Assembly: GCA_965116885.1 (NCBI GenBank)
Contig: OZ220741.1
Coordinates: 2,400,001-2,464,000, forward strand
Origin: Candidatus Latescibacterota bacterium
Lineage (GTDB): Bacteria; Latescibacterota; UBA2968
DNA length: 64,000 bases
Direction: 5' to 3'
Part shown: piece by piece, positions 17,462-27,292 of the stretch
Layout of the letters: every line of letters begins with the position of its first letter
Numbering within the stretch: the first letter of the stretch is position 1
Made by a program: the position numbers and the translations under genes
The notes under the pieces: model-generated
The model's database searches: none
The model's input: the letters and a program-made list of their open reading frames with translations, nothing else
Told to the model about the DNA's origin: nothing

Positions 17462-18661
17462 TCATCGCTTTGGGAAGAACACATCCACACACGCCTCCAC
17501 ATCAAATGGGTCGCATCCGTAGTCCTGTTTAAATTTTTCGAGGTGTTCTATTTCGTGTATTGTCGGTTCTTTCAATGGCAGATCGACCGGTTTTCGCCCT
17601 ATGCGTCCGGATTCTTCTACTGCGACCTGGACTTCGATGTCCCGTCGCGCTCTTTGCGCGTCATAGCGCGTGGGCAGGTTTTCTCGAACCGCTTGAGCAA
17701 TGCTGTCCATTTCTTCTACAATCGCCAGTCTTCCCGGCGATGTTTTGTATTGGGGCCATGGATTTTCCCACGTCAGCGGGGGATCGGTTTCGATTACCAT
17801 TCGCTTCAGTATCTGTACTCCATCTTTTTCACGGGTTTCTGTGTGGATGGGATAGGCAGTGGCTCGTCCTCCGCTCAATCGCTGTGCTTGTGTGGTTATA
17901 TGTATTTCATTTTCTACAATGGTTCCGGTTGTGCCATCCACCTGGAATAATGTCTGGCTTTTTCGCCCGAGCGCCCGACCGTGATACATTGAGGAGTAGG
18001 ACATTATTGCCAGTGCGCCGTTCTCAAACTCGACGAGGTCCATTGTCCAGTGTTCGGTGGTAAATTGCCGAATTTCGCTTACATTCACGCGCGGGATTGG
18101 CGAATCCATCACCAATCCGGTTACCCGAATGGGCGCCGCATCGCCTACCATCATCCGCACGCTGCTGACGATGTGATAGCCGCCGGTTTGAAATAGGGCA
18201 AAGACCCGAAGTACGTCTCCAATGGCTCCGGCGTCGATGGCTTGTCGTTTGATCAGGTGAAGGGGGTCCCGGCAGTATTGCTCTGCTATTTCGAGTTTTA
18301 CGCCGTTGCGAGCTACCGCGTTGATCAATACGTCTGCGGTTTGCAGGGTGGGTGAAATGGGGGTTTCTACGATCAGGTTTACGCCGTGTTCGGCCAGATA
18401 TGCACCGATGGCGTGGTGTGAGTCAGCGGGTGTGCTTATTGCCGCGATGTCCAGTTCTTCATGTGCGACCAGGTCCTGTACCCGCGAATAAGCGGGTACT
18501 CCGTGTTCAGCGCCTATTTTTCGCGCTTTTTCCCCATCTACATCGCATATCGCGGCGAGTTCGAATACATCCGACATCAACAAGATTGCGGGGAGTCGCA
18601 CACCCAGCCCACGGCCACCGCAGCCCACGAGAGCGATTCTCAATTTTTCTTTTGCGGCCAT
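17462..18661 (-). CDS. Gfo/Idh/MocA family oxidoreductase
   Basis: IALVGCGGRG, ISTPADSH, IVETPI. Confidence 0.85.
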   Translation of the reverse strand: MAAKEKLRIALVGCGGRGLGVRLPAILLMSDVFELAAICDVDGEKARKIGAEHGVPAYSRVQDLVAHEELDIAAISTPADSHHAIGAYLAEHGVNLIVETPISPTLQTADVLINAVARNGVKLEIAEQYCRDPLHLIKRQAIDAGAIGDVLRVFALFQTGGYHIVSSVRMMVGDAAPIRVTGLVMDSPIPRVNVSEIRQFTTEHWTMDLVEFENGALAIMSYSSMYHGRALGRKSQTLFQVDGTTGTIVENEIHITTQAQRLSGGRATAYPIHTETREKDGVQILKRMVIETDPPLTWENPWPQYKTSPGRLAIVEEMDSIAQAVRENLPTRYDAQRARRDIEVQVAVEESGRIGRKPVDLPLKEPTIHEIEHLEKFKQDYGCDPFDVEACVDVFFPKR

Positions 18662-18693
18662 GGCGGTCCTTTCTGGATTGATAGGTATGTACA

Positions 18694-19542
18694 CTACGGC
18701 GGTAGTCGCGGTGGTATTGGCTGAATAATTTTTTTCTGTTCGGGTGTCAAACGTTCCAATAATTCTTCTGAGGGGACGTAGTGAAACCGCGTGCGGATGA
18801 ATCGCGGGGAATACCGATAGACCACGGTGCGGCGATACCCTTTGTTCGTGCGTTCGGCTGATCCATGTGCGACCGAATCTGTGAAAAATAACGCGTCGCC
18901 CGCTTTCATGTACATTTCTTTCATGCCTACAGCAGTTCCAGCGGGTTCTGTACCAGAACTCACCACGCCCTTGTCATCTACAAGCAATTTGGGATGTATT
19001 TCTGTGCTTTTATGGCTGCCGGGTACGAGGACTGTTGGTCCATCTCCCGGTTCTATATCCGTCAATGCCACCAGTACGTTGATCTGGCCTACCATCCACG
19101 CGCCTGTGTTGTGTTGCCGAAAGGTGAAATAGCACCGGGGCGCGTGACCGCCACTGTGGATATAGATAAATCCGCCGGGCCCGCGTATGGTTAAAAAATT
19201 TTCGTGGATCGAGATGCCGTTTACTTCGTCGTTGATGTAGCGTTTGGCCAGGTCAATCCACGATGGATGATCGATTAATCGCTCGAATACCGGTCCAGCT
19301 TCGATGATGTTCTGAAAGTTCAATCCGTCTTTTTCGCGGTAGGTATGCGTTTCCACATGGCCGATCCAAGCACCCGTATCATCACTCGCACCCCGACGCT
19401 TTTTGCCATGCACGTATTCCCAATGGTCATCTACCCATTGGTTCATCTCCTGTACGTCCTTTTCCGACACTGCGTTTTCCAGATGCAGATAGCCGTGCAA
19501 GTCAAATAAATAATCCTGTAATTGCTGGTCAGAATTATCCAT
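18694..19542 (-). CDS. PhyH-family Fe/2OG dioxygenase-like protein (HxG in place of HxD)
   Basis: YLFDLHGYL, IHSGG, VPGSHK, KAGDALFFTDSVAHG. Confidence 0.8.
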   Translation of the reverse strand: MDNSDQQLQDYLFDLHGYLHLENAVSEKDVQEMNQWVDDHWEYVHGKKRRGASDDTGAWIGHVETHTYREKDGLNFQNIIEAGPVFERLIDHPSWIDLAKRYINDEVNGISIHENFLTIRGPGGFIYIHSGGHAPRCYFTFRQHNTGAWMVGQINVLVALTDIEPGDGPTVLVPGSHKSTEIHPKLLVDDKGVVSSGTEPAGTAVGMKEMYMKAGDALFFTDSVAHGSAERTNKGYRRTVVYRYSPRFIRTRFHYVPSEELLERLTPEQKKIIQPIPPRLPP

Positions 19543-20353
19543 AGGCCCCCTTCTCATGCCGCCCCAATAACCGCTGCATTCGCGCGTCGGTTCCTGTCCA
19601 GACGTATTCTGGCATGCGATAATCGATGAATGGGTATAATCGCTGCGCGATGATGCGTTGGCTGTACACGACGGAGCCTACATAGCGGACCTGGTCGGAT
19701 TTGTTTTGCGATCCCCGATGCCACACTTGATTGTGGAACATGCACAGATCACCCGGCTCGGCAATCATGGATACGGGTCCCCGACCATCGAACTCGGGGG
19801 CTTCCGTTTTGTCCGGTCGCCTGCCCGCGTAATGGCTGCCGGGGACTACTTCTGTGACGCCGTATTCGATGGCGTCGGCCCGGCTTAGCGGGAATAATAC
19901 GTTTAATACAAAACAGGGCAATGGGATTTTTTTGTTGTGCCGGGGAACATTGTCTGGTAATGGAAAAATTATGCGGTCATCCAGATGCCATCCTCCGCCC
20001 TGACCGGGTTCATAACGCAGGGCATTTTGCGACATCATGTGGCAATCATCACCCAGGATTGCCTCTGATAGGCTCACGAATGGTTCTCGTGCGATCAGGT
20101 CCCGGAAGTTGATGTCATATTCATACATCCGCATCATACTGATGCCCCGAATATGGTCTCCTTCGGGTTCGTGCATTTTCGGGTCCTGATATTTTCGCTC
20201 CATTGCTTCCCGCAATGTCAGTACTTCTTTTTCCGTTAATACGCCTTTTAAGAACAAATACCCATCCCGCTGAAATTGCGCGATTAGGTCGCGGGTTTTG
20301 TCCGCACCATAAGGTTTGGCGTTTTTGTCGATTACGCTGTTTGTGGTGTACAT
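19535..20353 (-). CDS. PhyH-family Fe/2OG dioxygenase
   Basis: FQRDGYL, WHLDD, VVPGSH, VWHRG..N.S...R. Confidence 0.85.
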   Translation of the reverse strand: MYTTNSVIDKNAKPYGADKTRDLIAQFQRDGYLFLKGVLTEKEVLTLREAMERKYQDPKMHEPEGDHIRGISMMRMYEYDINFRDLIAREPFVSLSEAILGDDCHMMSQNALRYEPGQGGGWHLDDRIIFPLPDNVPRHNKKIPLPCFVLNVLFPLSRADAIEYGVTEVVPGSHYAGRRPDKTEAPEFDGRGPVSMIAEPGDLCMFHNQVWHRGSQNKSDQVRYVGSVVYSQRIIAQRLYPFIDYRMPEYVWTGTDARMQRLLGRHEKGAYG

Positions 20354-20363
20354 TGCTATCTCA

Positions 20364-21827
20364 CTATTTCATTAATCCCAATATATCCTCATATACGGCC
20401 AGGCCACCAAAATAGGTGAAGGCGAGGCCCGATATTATATTGAGCGCGACGAGAAACCAGCCCATTTGCAATGGGGGTGGGACGTATTTGCGGTCGATAT
20501 AGATCATCGCAAAGCACCAGGGGCCAGCGAGGAGTACCCCGGTGATGTGTAGAGGGATTGTCATAATTGAAATTGGGTTCCAGCCGATGCCATTCGGGTC
20601 CTGGGTGGCTGTCCACCAGGCGTATAGGACCAGTGCGCCACCCGCAATAGCGGTGTAGCCCAGTGTCCATTTTCGCACGTTGTTCAATGATAGGTCGCGC
20701 CATTTGGGGGTTATTGCGCGTATGCTTTCATGTGCGGTGCGGACATATAGTTCATACGCGCCGTACACGGTGCCAAAAATTGCGAAGAATACGCCGAGCT
20801 TGTACAATCCCGAGAGGAATGTTTTGACGCCCGTGCTTTCGTGCAATGCGGTTAAAAATACGACCTGATGGTTGTAGAGATCCATGCCGGACGGTACGAT
20901 TTCTCGCGGATGTAAGAGGGCGGCACCTAAAATCAAAAAGGCCGCTGTGAACAATAATACGCTGGCAAATGATACGAGTGTATCGACCAGCGGTGCTTTT
21001 AACCACGCCTTGCCCAATTCGAGATTTTCCTGAGTTTCCAGGATTGTTTCCTTCTCATTGCTGCGTCTGCCAATCATTCCCCACACTTTTTCGCGTAGCA
21101 TGCCCACATATCCCACATAGTCCTGTACCCCGCCACCGATTACGCCCATGTACGCGACCATTTCGACAATTAATGTTCGGTCTGCAAATAGCGGATTGCG
21201 CGATACCCATTCTGGATATACCGGGAATGTGGGTACTACTGCACCCATTAGCGCGGCGACCCAGTCGGGATTTGCCGCTACTGTCGCGATTAACATGACC
21301 AGCAACATCAATCCCACGAGTGAGGTTTGCGCTTTTTCCAACAGACCATAACTCTGTTTCAGGGTTAGCAGGATTAAGAATGCGATAAATATCAGGGCGA
21401 TTAAATGCGGATATCGCGCGGGGTCGTCAAATAATATCCAGGACGAGATTGTGCCGAGCATGATGGGTAAGCTGGATAGATAAAATGGGAAGCTCACGAC
21501 CATGACCACGCCTACAACTGCTGGAAATAATCCCCTCGGTCCGGGTAATTGCGCCCAGCGCTCCATGGGGTGCTCGCCGGTTAGTGTCATATATCGCGCT
21601 GCGGAATACACTTGAACGACTTTTGTGATGCAAAACAGGCTGAATGCCCAGAACATCGCGTAGCCAAAGATCGCCCCGCTGCGCGATGCCCACACGGTTT
21701 CCCCACTTCCGATGGTTACCGATGCGATGATCGCGCCTGGCCCGAAGAATTTTAAGAAATCGCCGATTTTCCGCGAGCGCAATGCTGCCGCCAGTTCCGG
21801 AAATTCCAATTTTTTTGTTTCTGCCAT
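20364..21827 (-). CDS. Nramp/APC-fold transporter (YcsG-like)
   Basis: FFGPGAIIASVTIGSGE N-terminal motif and many TM segments. AGGAG precedes ATG 21827. Confidence 0.7.
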   Translation of the reverse strand: MAETKKLEFPELAAALRSRKIGDFLKFFGPGAIIASVTIGSGETVWASRSGAIFGYAMFWAFSLFCITKVVQVYSAARYMTLTGEHPMERWAQLPGPRGLFPAVVGVVMVVSFPFYLSSLPIMLGTISSWILFDDPARYPHLIALIFIAFLILLTLKQSYGLLEKAQTSLVGLMLLVMLIATVAANPDWVAALMGAVVPTFPVYPEWVSRNPLFADRTLIVEMVAYMGVIGGGVQDYVGYVGMLREKVWGMIGRRSNEKETILETQENLELGKAWLKAPLVDTLVSFASVLLFTAAFLILGAALLHPREIVPSGMDLYNHQVVFLTALHESTGVKTFLSGLYKLGVFFAIFGTVYGAYELYVRTAHESIRAITPKWRDLSLNNVRKWTLGYTAIAGGALVLYAWWTATQDPNGIGWNPISIMTIPLHITGVLLAGPWCFAMIYIDRKYVPPPLQMGWFLVALNIISGLAFTYFGGLAVYEDILGLMK

Positions 21828-21841
21828 GATTTCTCCTATCG

Positions 21842-21879
21842 AAAAACCCCAGTCCAACCGATTTTACGGAGGACTGGGG
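21842..21879 (-). terminator. Intrinsic terminator-like hairpin after the cyclase gene
   Basis: CCCCAGTCC (21847-55) / GGACTGGGG (21871-79) stem, followed by TTTTT on the minus strand. Confidence 0.6.
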
Positions 21880-21895
21880 ATTGGAAGGTGCGGCA

Positions 21896-22831
21896 CTATT
21901 TTACGGCGATGGGATTTCCCGGAGAACCCGTGCCGCCTTTCAGGCGCAATGGCGAAAATACAAATGCAAATTCATATACCTGATCTTTTGCCAGTTCTTC
22001 CAGGTCCAGGTTTTCTAAGATGTAAATTCCATGCTGGGCGATGAGCAGTTGATGTACGGGAAAAGCCAGCGAGGCATCTTCGCCGGGTACGACTTCCAGG
22101 CCCCAGGTATCGCCTGCGACCATTACAATTTTTTTATTTACGAGCCACTGGCCCACAGCCATTCCAATACCCGGCTGGCCTTTGTTGAATGTTTCGTTGT
22201 CTTTCATCCACAGGGTGCCGTGTCCCGTGCGGAAGATCACGACATCGCCTTCTCCCACGGAGACATTTTGTTTTTTTAATGCTCCCTCGGTATCGGCTAC
22301 TGTGATTACGTATCCGACTTCTAATCGCTCGACACCTTTGTATCCCGCGATGTCTATCAGTACGCCGCGCGTGAAGAATGATCCCGCCTTTTCCACACCC
22401 AATTTTTCCAGGCCATAAGGTTTGCTAAAGTTCGAGCTTTTGAAGCCATTGTAATACACATCCTCGTTTCCTACCCGCGTGCCAATATGCCCCAATCCGT
22501 CGAATTGTGTACCGATTTGACCGATTTCACCACTGAACATTTCATCGTACCATACGAGTTTGTTTTCTCCGAGCGGTCCACCACTTGGGTTGCCCACGAT
22601 TGTCAAACTGTAGTGCCGGGAGCCAAATAGCGGTATTCCGTGTTCATATACTTTTCCCAATTGATAGACTTTGCCGGTTTTGATCAATTTGGTCGCTTCC
22701 AGGACTTTGGCTGGTGTCAACCGGTTCGCGGCGCCCCGTTCGTCTTCGGGCCCCCACTCCGATGTCGATTGCTGGGCATATACTGGCACCAGCATCAGAT
22801 TGACCAGTAGTGTTATAAATATGCGTTTCAC
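21896..22831 (-). CDS. Cyclase-family (kynurenine formamidase-like) metal hydrolase, signal peptide
   Basis: WGPEDERGAAN, GTQFDGLGH, RGVLIDI, VHQLL..HGIYILENLDL, GGTGSPGNP. GTG start after AAGGAGG. Confidence 0.85.
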   Translation of the reverse strand: MKRIFITLLVNLMLVPVYAQQSTSEWGPEDERGAANRLTPAKVLEATKLIKTGKVYQLGKVYEHGIPLFGSRHYSLTIVGNPSGGPLGENKLVWYDEMFSGEIGQIGTQFDGLGHIGTRVGNEDVYYNGFKSSNFSKPYGLEKLGVEKAGSFFTRGVLIDIAGYKGVERLEVGYVITVADTEGALKKQNVSVGEGDVVIFRTGHGTLWMKDNETFNKGQPGIGMAVGQWLVNKKIVMVAGDTWGLEVVPGEDASLAFPVHQLLIAQHGIYILENLDLEELAKDQVYEFAFVFSPLRLKGGTGSPGNPIAVK

Positions 22832-22859
22832 GATTTCCCTCCTTTGAAAAGATACCGAT

Positions 22860-23735
22860 TCATCGCGTTTTCTCATAAAGCGCGATGCTTACCTGTGTGC
22901 CGGGGAATAGTGCAGATGGATACACCCACATGTCGTCTTCCCGAATGTACACCCGTTCATCTCCCGAGCGAATGTGTAAACGTCCGTTGTTTTCCTGGCA
23001 AATTTGTTTGACAATGTATAGACCCAGTCCCCGTGTATTGCCCCGCGAGACGGTTTTCTGAATCGCCATTTTTATTGCCTGTCCGTGCGACCAGTGCGCT
23101 GTATCGTGTCCTGTTGATAGGCTCTCGCGAATGCCAATGCCCAGATCGCACACGCCGATGATTGCAAATTTTCTGTTCAATCTGTGATTGGTATAGCGCT
23201 GCGCGACCACAAATCCTTTATCCCCGCTGTGGTCCAGGATATTGTGACACAATTCGGCTACGACATTTTTAAATCCCGTAATTTCCCGCACGGTATAGTG
23301 TAGCTCTTCACTCAAGATGGTGCCGACCCGCGATTCAATTACACTCAGAACTTGTTCGATATCACTCCGCTGTTCAATGGTCGTAATTTCCAACAGGCTT
23401 TCGTTGCGGGTTCGCGGCTGTCCCGTTTGCGGTACGCGCGCTACTGTTACATAAGTCTTCAGGGCGTCAAATACTTTCATCCGCGTCAAATAGCGCTCGA
23501 CATCTGAATTTTCGGGCAGTCGGCACGTAATATCCCAGTATTTGGCACTCAGATGTCGGCCTATCAAACACAACATCCCCATGCCATAGGGATCGACAAA
23601 ACCCAATTTTGACAGATCCAGAACGATGTTGTCTTCATCTCGCTGCGACGAGAATGCTCCGAGGTCGCGCAGTACATTATCACACGAGACAGCAGACAAA
23701 TTCTGTTCCGCTATCGCCAGCGTGTTGTTATCCAT
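22860..23735 (-). CDS. STAS-like + GHKL/HATPase_c protein (no HisKA domain evident)
   Basis: IVLDLSKLGFVDP, ELCHNILDHS, DLGIGI, RGLGL, FPGT. Confidence 0.75.
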   Translation of the reverse strand: MDNNTLAIAEQNLSAVSCDNVLRDLGAFSSQRDEDNIVLDLSKLGFVDPYGMGMLCLIGRHLSAKYWDITCRLPENSDVERYLTRMKVFDALKTYVTVARVPQTGQPRTRNESLLEITTIEQRSDIEQVLSVIESRVGTILSEELHYTVREITGFKNVVAELCHNILDHSGDKGFVVAQRYTNHRLNRKFAIIGVCDLGIGIRESLSTGHDTAHWSHGQAIKMAIQKTVSRGNTRGLGLYIVKQICQENNGRLHIRSGDERVYIREDDMWVYPSALFPGTQVSIALYEKTR

Positions 23736-23743
23736 GTGATCGT

Positions 23744-26179
23744 TTAGTTGCGTACGCGGAATATGGAACGGCGTTTGACGAGTTTTTTCTCCTGCAAATC
23801 CGTTACTGCGACTTCGAGTTTGTAAACGCCGCGTGGCATTTTGGACAGGTCGATTTCCAGGAAGGTGAAGTCGTCGGATTTGTCGCCTGCATATACCGAA
23901 CTGATCGATGTGCGGCTTTGCTGCCCGGCTCGGCGCAGTTCTTCGACTGACTCGGCCATCAGGTTGCGTTCGGCTGGCATGTATTGCACTTCAAAATCCA
24001 CAGTTTGGGCTTTGAGATCTTCTTCACCGCCGGTCATGGCATCGCCCACCAGGTCTTCCTGATCTTGCATTTCACCTTCGGCAGTTTCGACATCTACACC
24101 GTCGAGCGCGTCGCCTGTAGCGAGAATGTCACTACTGGAGCGCTCATCTTCTGTTTCCATTTGCGCCAATTCTTCGGCGGTTGGTACAATTAGCAATCCG
24201 CCTACTTTTTTGAGGGCTACGGCGCCAAACATCGCGGGATTGACTTCCCGCTGATCGGGAACGCCGATGGTGTAGGTGATTTCATATTGGGTGCGTCCAA
24301 ATTCGTCTTTTTTCAGGTTGTAAATTTCCAGATATACAGATGCCGATTCCCCAGTGCGATACGCGCGGAGGGGATTGGGTGCAATGCGCAGATCCATTCG
24401 CGATTCGGGAAAGGGTTTGACCAGTTCAATTTTCTTGGCGAGTAGCAGATCGCTCATATCCAGGCGCGATTCGGATACAGAAAAAAGGCGTTCTGTGCGG
24501 AATGTGCCGATGGATCCGCTGTTTCTGTCTCCCACTTCGACCACGATATTATACGTGCCCTGGGGAAGTTCCAGGGGGCGTTGGCTCAACAGATACTGCG
24601 GGGCATTGCCCCCTTTGGGTTTTTCTTGCGCAATTGGTCGGATATTGCGGTAGATGTCTCGCCATCGGTAGTCGAACATAAATAAACCCTCATCCATGAC
24701 GATCATCCGGTCGTCGTTTGCTTTTAATTTGCCCGTGGGAATGGCATAGGCGATTTCCACGCGCATATTTTTGCCTGAGCGGAAGGCGGTGACCTGGTGT
24801 GGCATGGAGTATTTTCTGTTTCGGAATGGATCATCAAAGCGAGCTTCTTTTTCTTTGAACGCCGCGCGATTTTGTATTTCAAAATACTCGTCGCGCATCT
24901 TGTCGCTCGCCCATCGCGGGTTAGTAGATTTTCTGAAGAGCGTTCGATCTACCTGTGTTGCATCCACATTGCGCGTTCTCAGCGCATTGGGGTCCCCGCC
25001 TATGACATCTACCGTGCTGCTGGGTCCTACTTCGCCTGCAAATCCCCAACCGTCAACGCCATTCACACTTTGAAATGTGAATCTGTATCCGCCGTAATAC
25101 CATGTTTCCTTGAACATGGGAAATACGCCCGTTGTGCGTCGCTGATATTTTCCGTATTTGATATAGGTTTGGCCACGGATAGTCTTCCAGCCTTCGATAT
25201 TCCGCGCGGGCACGCTAAAGCGCAGATTGGCATAGGCTACGCGGCCGTAGTGCTCCATGCGCCGCTCGTTGTGATCAGTCAGAAATAGCGGATCGTTCTT
25301 GTTCCAGAATTGCGTCAATGCCGCAGAATCCTTCCACTCGCCATCGTCGCCGACTTGCCTGGCTTTTGCGATGCGCGCACTGTCTTCTTTTGATGCGATG
25401 AGATCTACCGATTCCATCATTTTGCGCTGTTCGGGTTCCATGGCTGCGATGGCTTTTTCATACAATTTGTTCGCCTCTAAAAGCTCTCCCTGAAGCTGGT
25501 GCGAATAGGCCATGAACAACTGTGCGTTGACATCGCCAGGGAATTTTCGCATCATTCGTCGCATCACCCGTTGCATGGCGGGGATTCTTCTGTGTTCCAG
25601 ATGCGCCAGTCCCAATAGATAATAGGAGTCCTGATAGTCCGCATCAACCTCCAGGCTCTTTTCAAATAGCATCACGGCCTGATCGTATTCGTTCTTGGCA
25701 AAAGTTCGAATGGCGCGCCGCTGCGGTATTACCCGGTCGCGCGTGATCATGTATTCGCCGAATATATGGCGACCAGCATCGTAGGCTGCTACGGCTGCAT
25801 TGGGAAATTTTTCTATGACTTTTTCATAGTGCGCTTTTGCTTCGCGCTGAAATCCCCTGTTCCACAATGCCTCGCCGTGCAAGAGTTGATATTGCAAATT
25901 TTCAGGTTCAATCCGAATTGCTTTTTCGCTTGCTTCTACTGCGCGGCGTCGAAATTCGGGCGTGTCCAGACGAATGTAGAGGCGGGTCAGTTGTGCAAGC
26001 GCAGGGGCGTATTTGCTGTCTTTCTTGAGCACTTGCTTGAATTCTTCCACGCTTTCTTTGGGTTCAATCTCATTCATGCGTGAAAGTGCGGCGTGATATT
26101 GTGAATCTACTTCGCTTTCTGCAGTCCATGCCGGTGCTGCGAGTAGGCAGCCGAGGATCAAAAGCGAGAGGGCTTTCAT
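23744..26179 (-). CDS. TPR + GWxTD-domain exported protein
   Basis: Signal peptide from ATG 26179 (AAGGAG), TPRs, FWNKNDP..NERRMEHYGRVAYAN..GWKTIRGQTYIKYG. Confidence 0.85.
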   Translation of the reverse strand: MKALSLLILGCLLAAPAWTAESEVDSQYHAALSRMNEIEPKESVEEFKQVLKKDSKYAPALAQLTRLYIRLDTPEFRRRAVEASEKAIRIEPENLQYQLLHGEALWNRGFQREAKAHYEKVIEKFPNAAVAAYDAGRHIFGEYMITRDRVIPQRRAIRTFAKNEYDQAVMLFEKSLEVDADYQDSYYLLGLAHLEHRRIPAMQRVMRRMMRKFPGDVNAQLFMAYSHQLQGELLEANKLYEKAIAAMEPEQRKMMESVDLIASKEDSARIAKARQVGDDGEWKDSAALTQFWNKNDPLFLTDHNERRMEHYGRVAYANLRFSVPARNIEGWKTIRGQTYIKYGKYQRRTTGVFPMFKETWYYGGYRFTFQSVNGVDGWGFAGEVGPSSTVDVIGGDPNALRTRNVDATQVDRTLFRKSTNPRWASDKMRDEYFEIQNRAAFKEKEARFDDPFRNRKYSMPHQVTAFRSGKNMRVEIAYAIPTGKLKANDDRMIVMDEGLFMFDYRWRDIYRNIRPIAQEKPKGGNAPQYLLSQRPLELPQGTYNIVVEVGDRNSGSIGTFRTERLFSVSESRLDMSDLLLAKKIELVKPFPESRMDLRIAPNPLRAYRTGESASVYLEIYNLKKDEFGRTQYEITYTIGVPDQREVNPAMFGAVALKKVGGLLIVPTAEELAQMETEDERSSSDILATGDALDGVDVETAEGEMQDQEDLVGDAMTGGEEDLKAQTVDFEVQYMPAERNLMAESVEELRRAGQQSRTSISSVYAGDKSDDFTFLEIDLSKMPRGVYKLEVAVTDLQEKKLVKRRSIFRVRN

Positions 26180-26216
26180 GGTGGTCTCCTTGTGAAGGGG
26201 TTTGCTGCGAGGGATC

Positions 26217-27290
26217 TTAAAATCTATAAAATGTTTTTGCATTTTCGTATAGAATTTTTCCCAGTAATGCATCCGATAAGCCTTTGGGGATTGCGTCTAT
26301 TGGCGCGTCGAAATGATAGTGTGGATAGTCTGTGGAAAACATCAGCATGTCATCCGAGTCCAGATGTCCTATGATTTGCAATAGATGTTCGGCTTCGGGC
26401 GGGGCGTCCAGGGGCTGTAGTGTCATCCGAATGTGTTCGCGGATGTATTCTGAAGGCGGGCGTTTGACCCACGGGATATCGCGTCGCAGTCCTTTCCACT
26501 CCTTATCTATGCGCCACATCCATGCGGGCATCCAGGTCCAGCCGCCTTCGATGAGTGCTATGCGCAATTCTGGAAACCGATCAAACGCGCCTTCTACCAC
26601 CAGGCTCATGACTTGAGACTGAAATATTTGCGCCATACCGACCATTTCTTCGGCGTAGGTCGCAGGCCAACCAACGGGCGTGGGCGGTAGGCTTGATGCA
26701 CCGCCGTAGTGTATCCCGATAGCGAGGTCGCGTTTTACCGCTGCTTTGAATAATGGATCGTACACGCGCTTGCCATAAGGTTGATATGATCTGACTGGTA
26801 CTATGACCTGCACAAAGCCTGGATGGTCGCCAAATTTTTCGATCTCTCTCGCGGCGAGTACTGGATTTTGACTGGGTACTACGAGAGAGGCGCGCAATCG
26901 ATGGTCTTTGTTTAACCACGCGTCAATTTGCCATTGGTTGACCGCGGTTGCAAGCGATGCGGATAAGTCTTCGTTGTGTACACTTTGCACGCGATAAGCA
27001 CAGGTTAAGATCCCGATTTCGACATCCCATGTGTCCAGTGCCTGTTTTTTTAGCAATTCAAAATCAGATCCCGGTGGACCATTTTTCGGCTTTGTCCCTT
27101 TTCGTGCAGATGTGGGTGCCCGTGCGGGATAATCATTCGCGTTGGGTCCCACAAATGCCGATTCGTTGATGTAGGCAACCCAGTGTTCTTCCAGATATGG
27201 AATCAGTGTTTTCAGACTGGGCAGTTCATTGTGAATATCACAATCGATGATGGGATGATAAAAGGGGTTGTCAGGTGTATTGCGCGGCAT
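26217..27290 (-). CDS. Amidohydrolase_2 family protein
   Basis: IIDCDIH, IHYG, LIEGG, MFSTDYPH. Confidence 0.9.
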   Translation of the reverse strand: MPRNTPDNPFYHPIIDCDIHNELPSLKTLIPYLEEHWVAYINESAFVGPNANDYPARAPTSARKGTKPKNGPPGSDFELLKKQALDTWDVEIGILTCAYRVQSVHNEDLSASLATAVNQWQIDAWLNKDHRLRASLVVPSQNPVLAAREIEKFGDHPGFVQVIVPVRSYQPYGKRVYDPLFKAAVKRDLAIGIHYGGASSLPPTPVGWPATYAEEMVGMAQIFQSQVMSLVVEGAFDRFPELRIALIEGGWTWMPAWMWRIDKEWKGLRRDIPWVKRPPSEYIREHIRMTLQPLDAPPEAEHLLQIIGHLDSDDMLMFSTDYPHYHFDAPIDAIPKGLSDALLGKILYENAKTFYRF

Positions 27291-27292
27291 GG

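Noticed and set aside
26180..26272. Apparent overlap between the amidohydrolase and the GWxTD gene
   Set aside because: It disappears when the RBS-supported ATG at 26179, which begins the signal peptide, is used. The same applies to the long N-terminal extensions in the track at 36842, 46128, 47266, 48228 and 54648.
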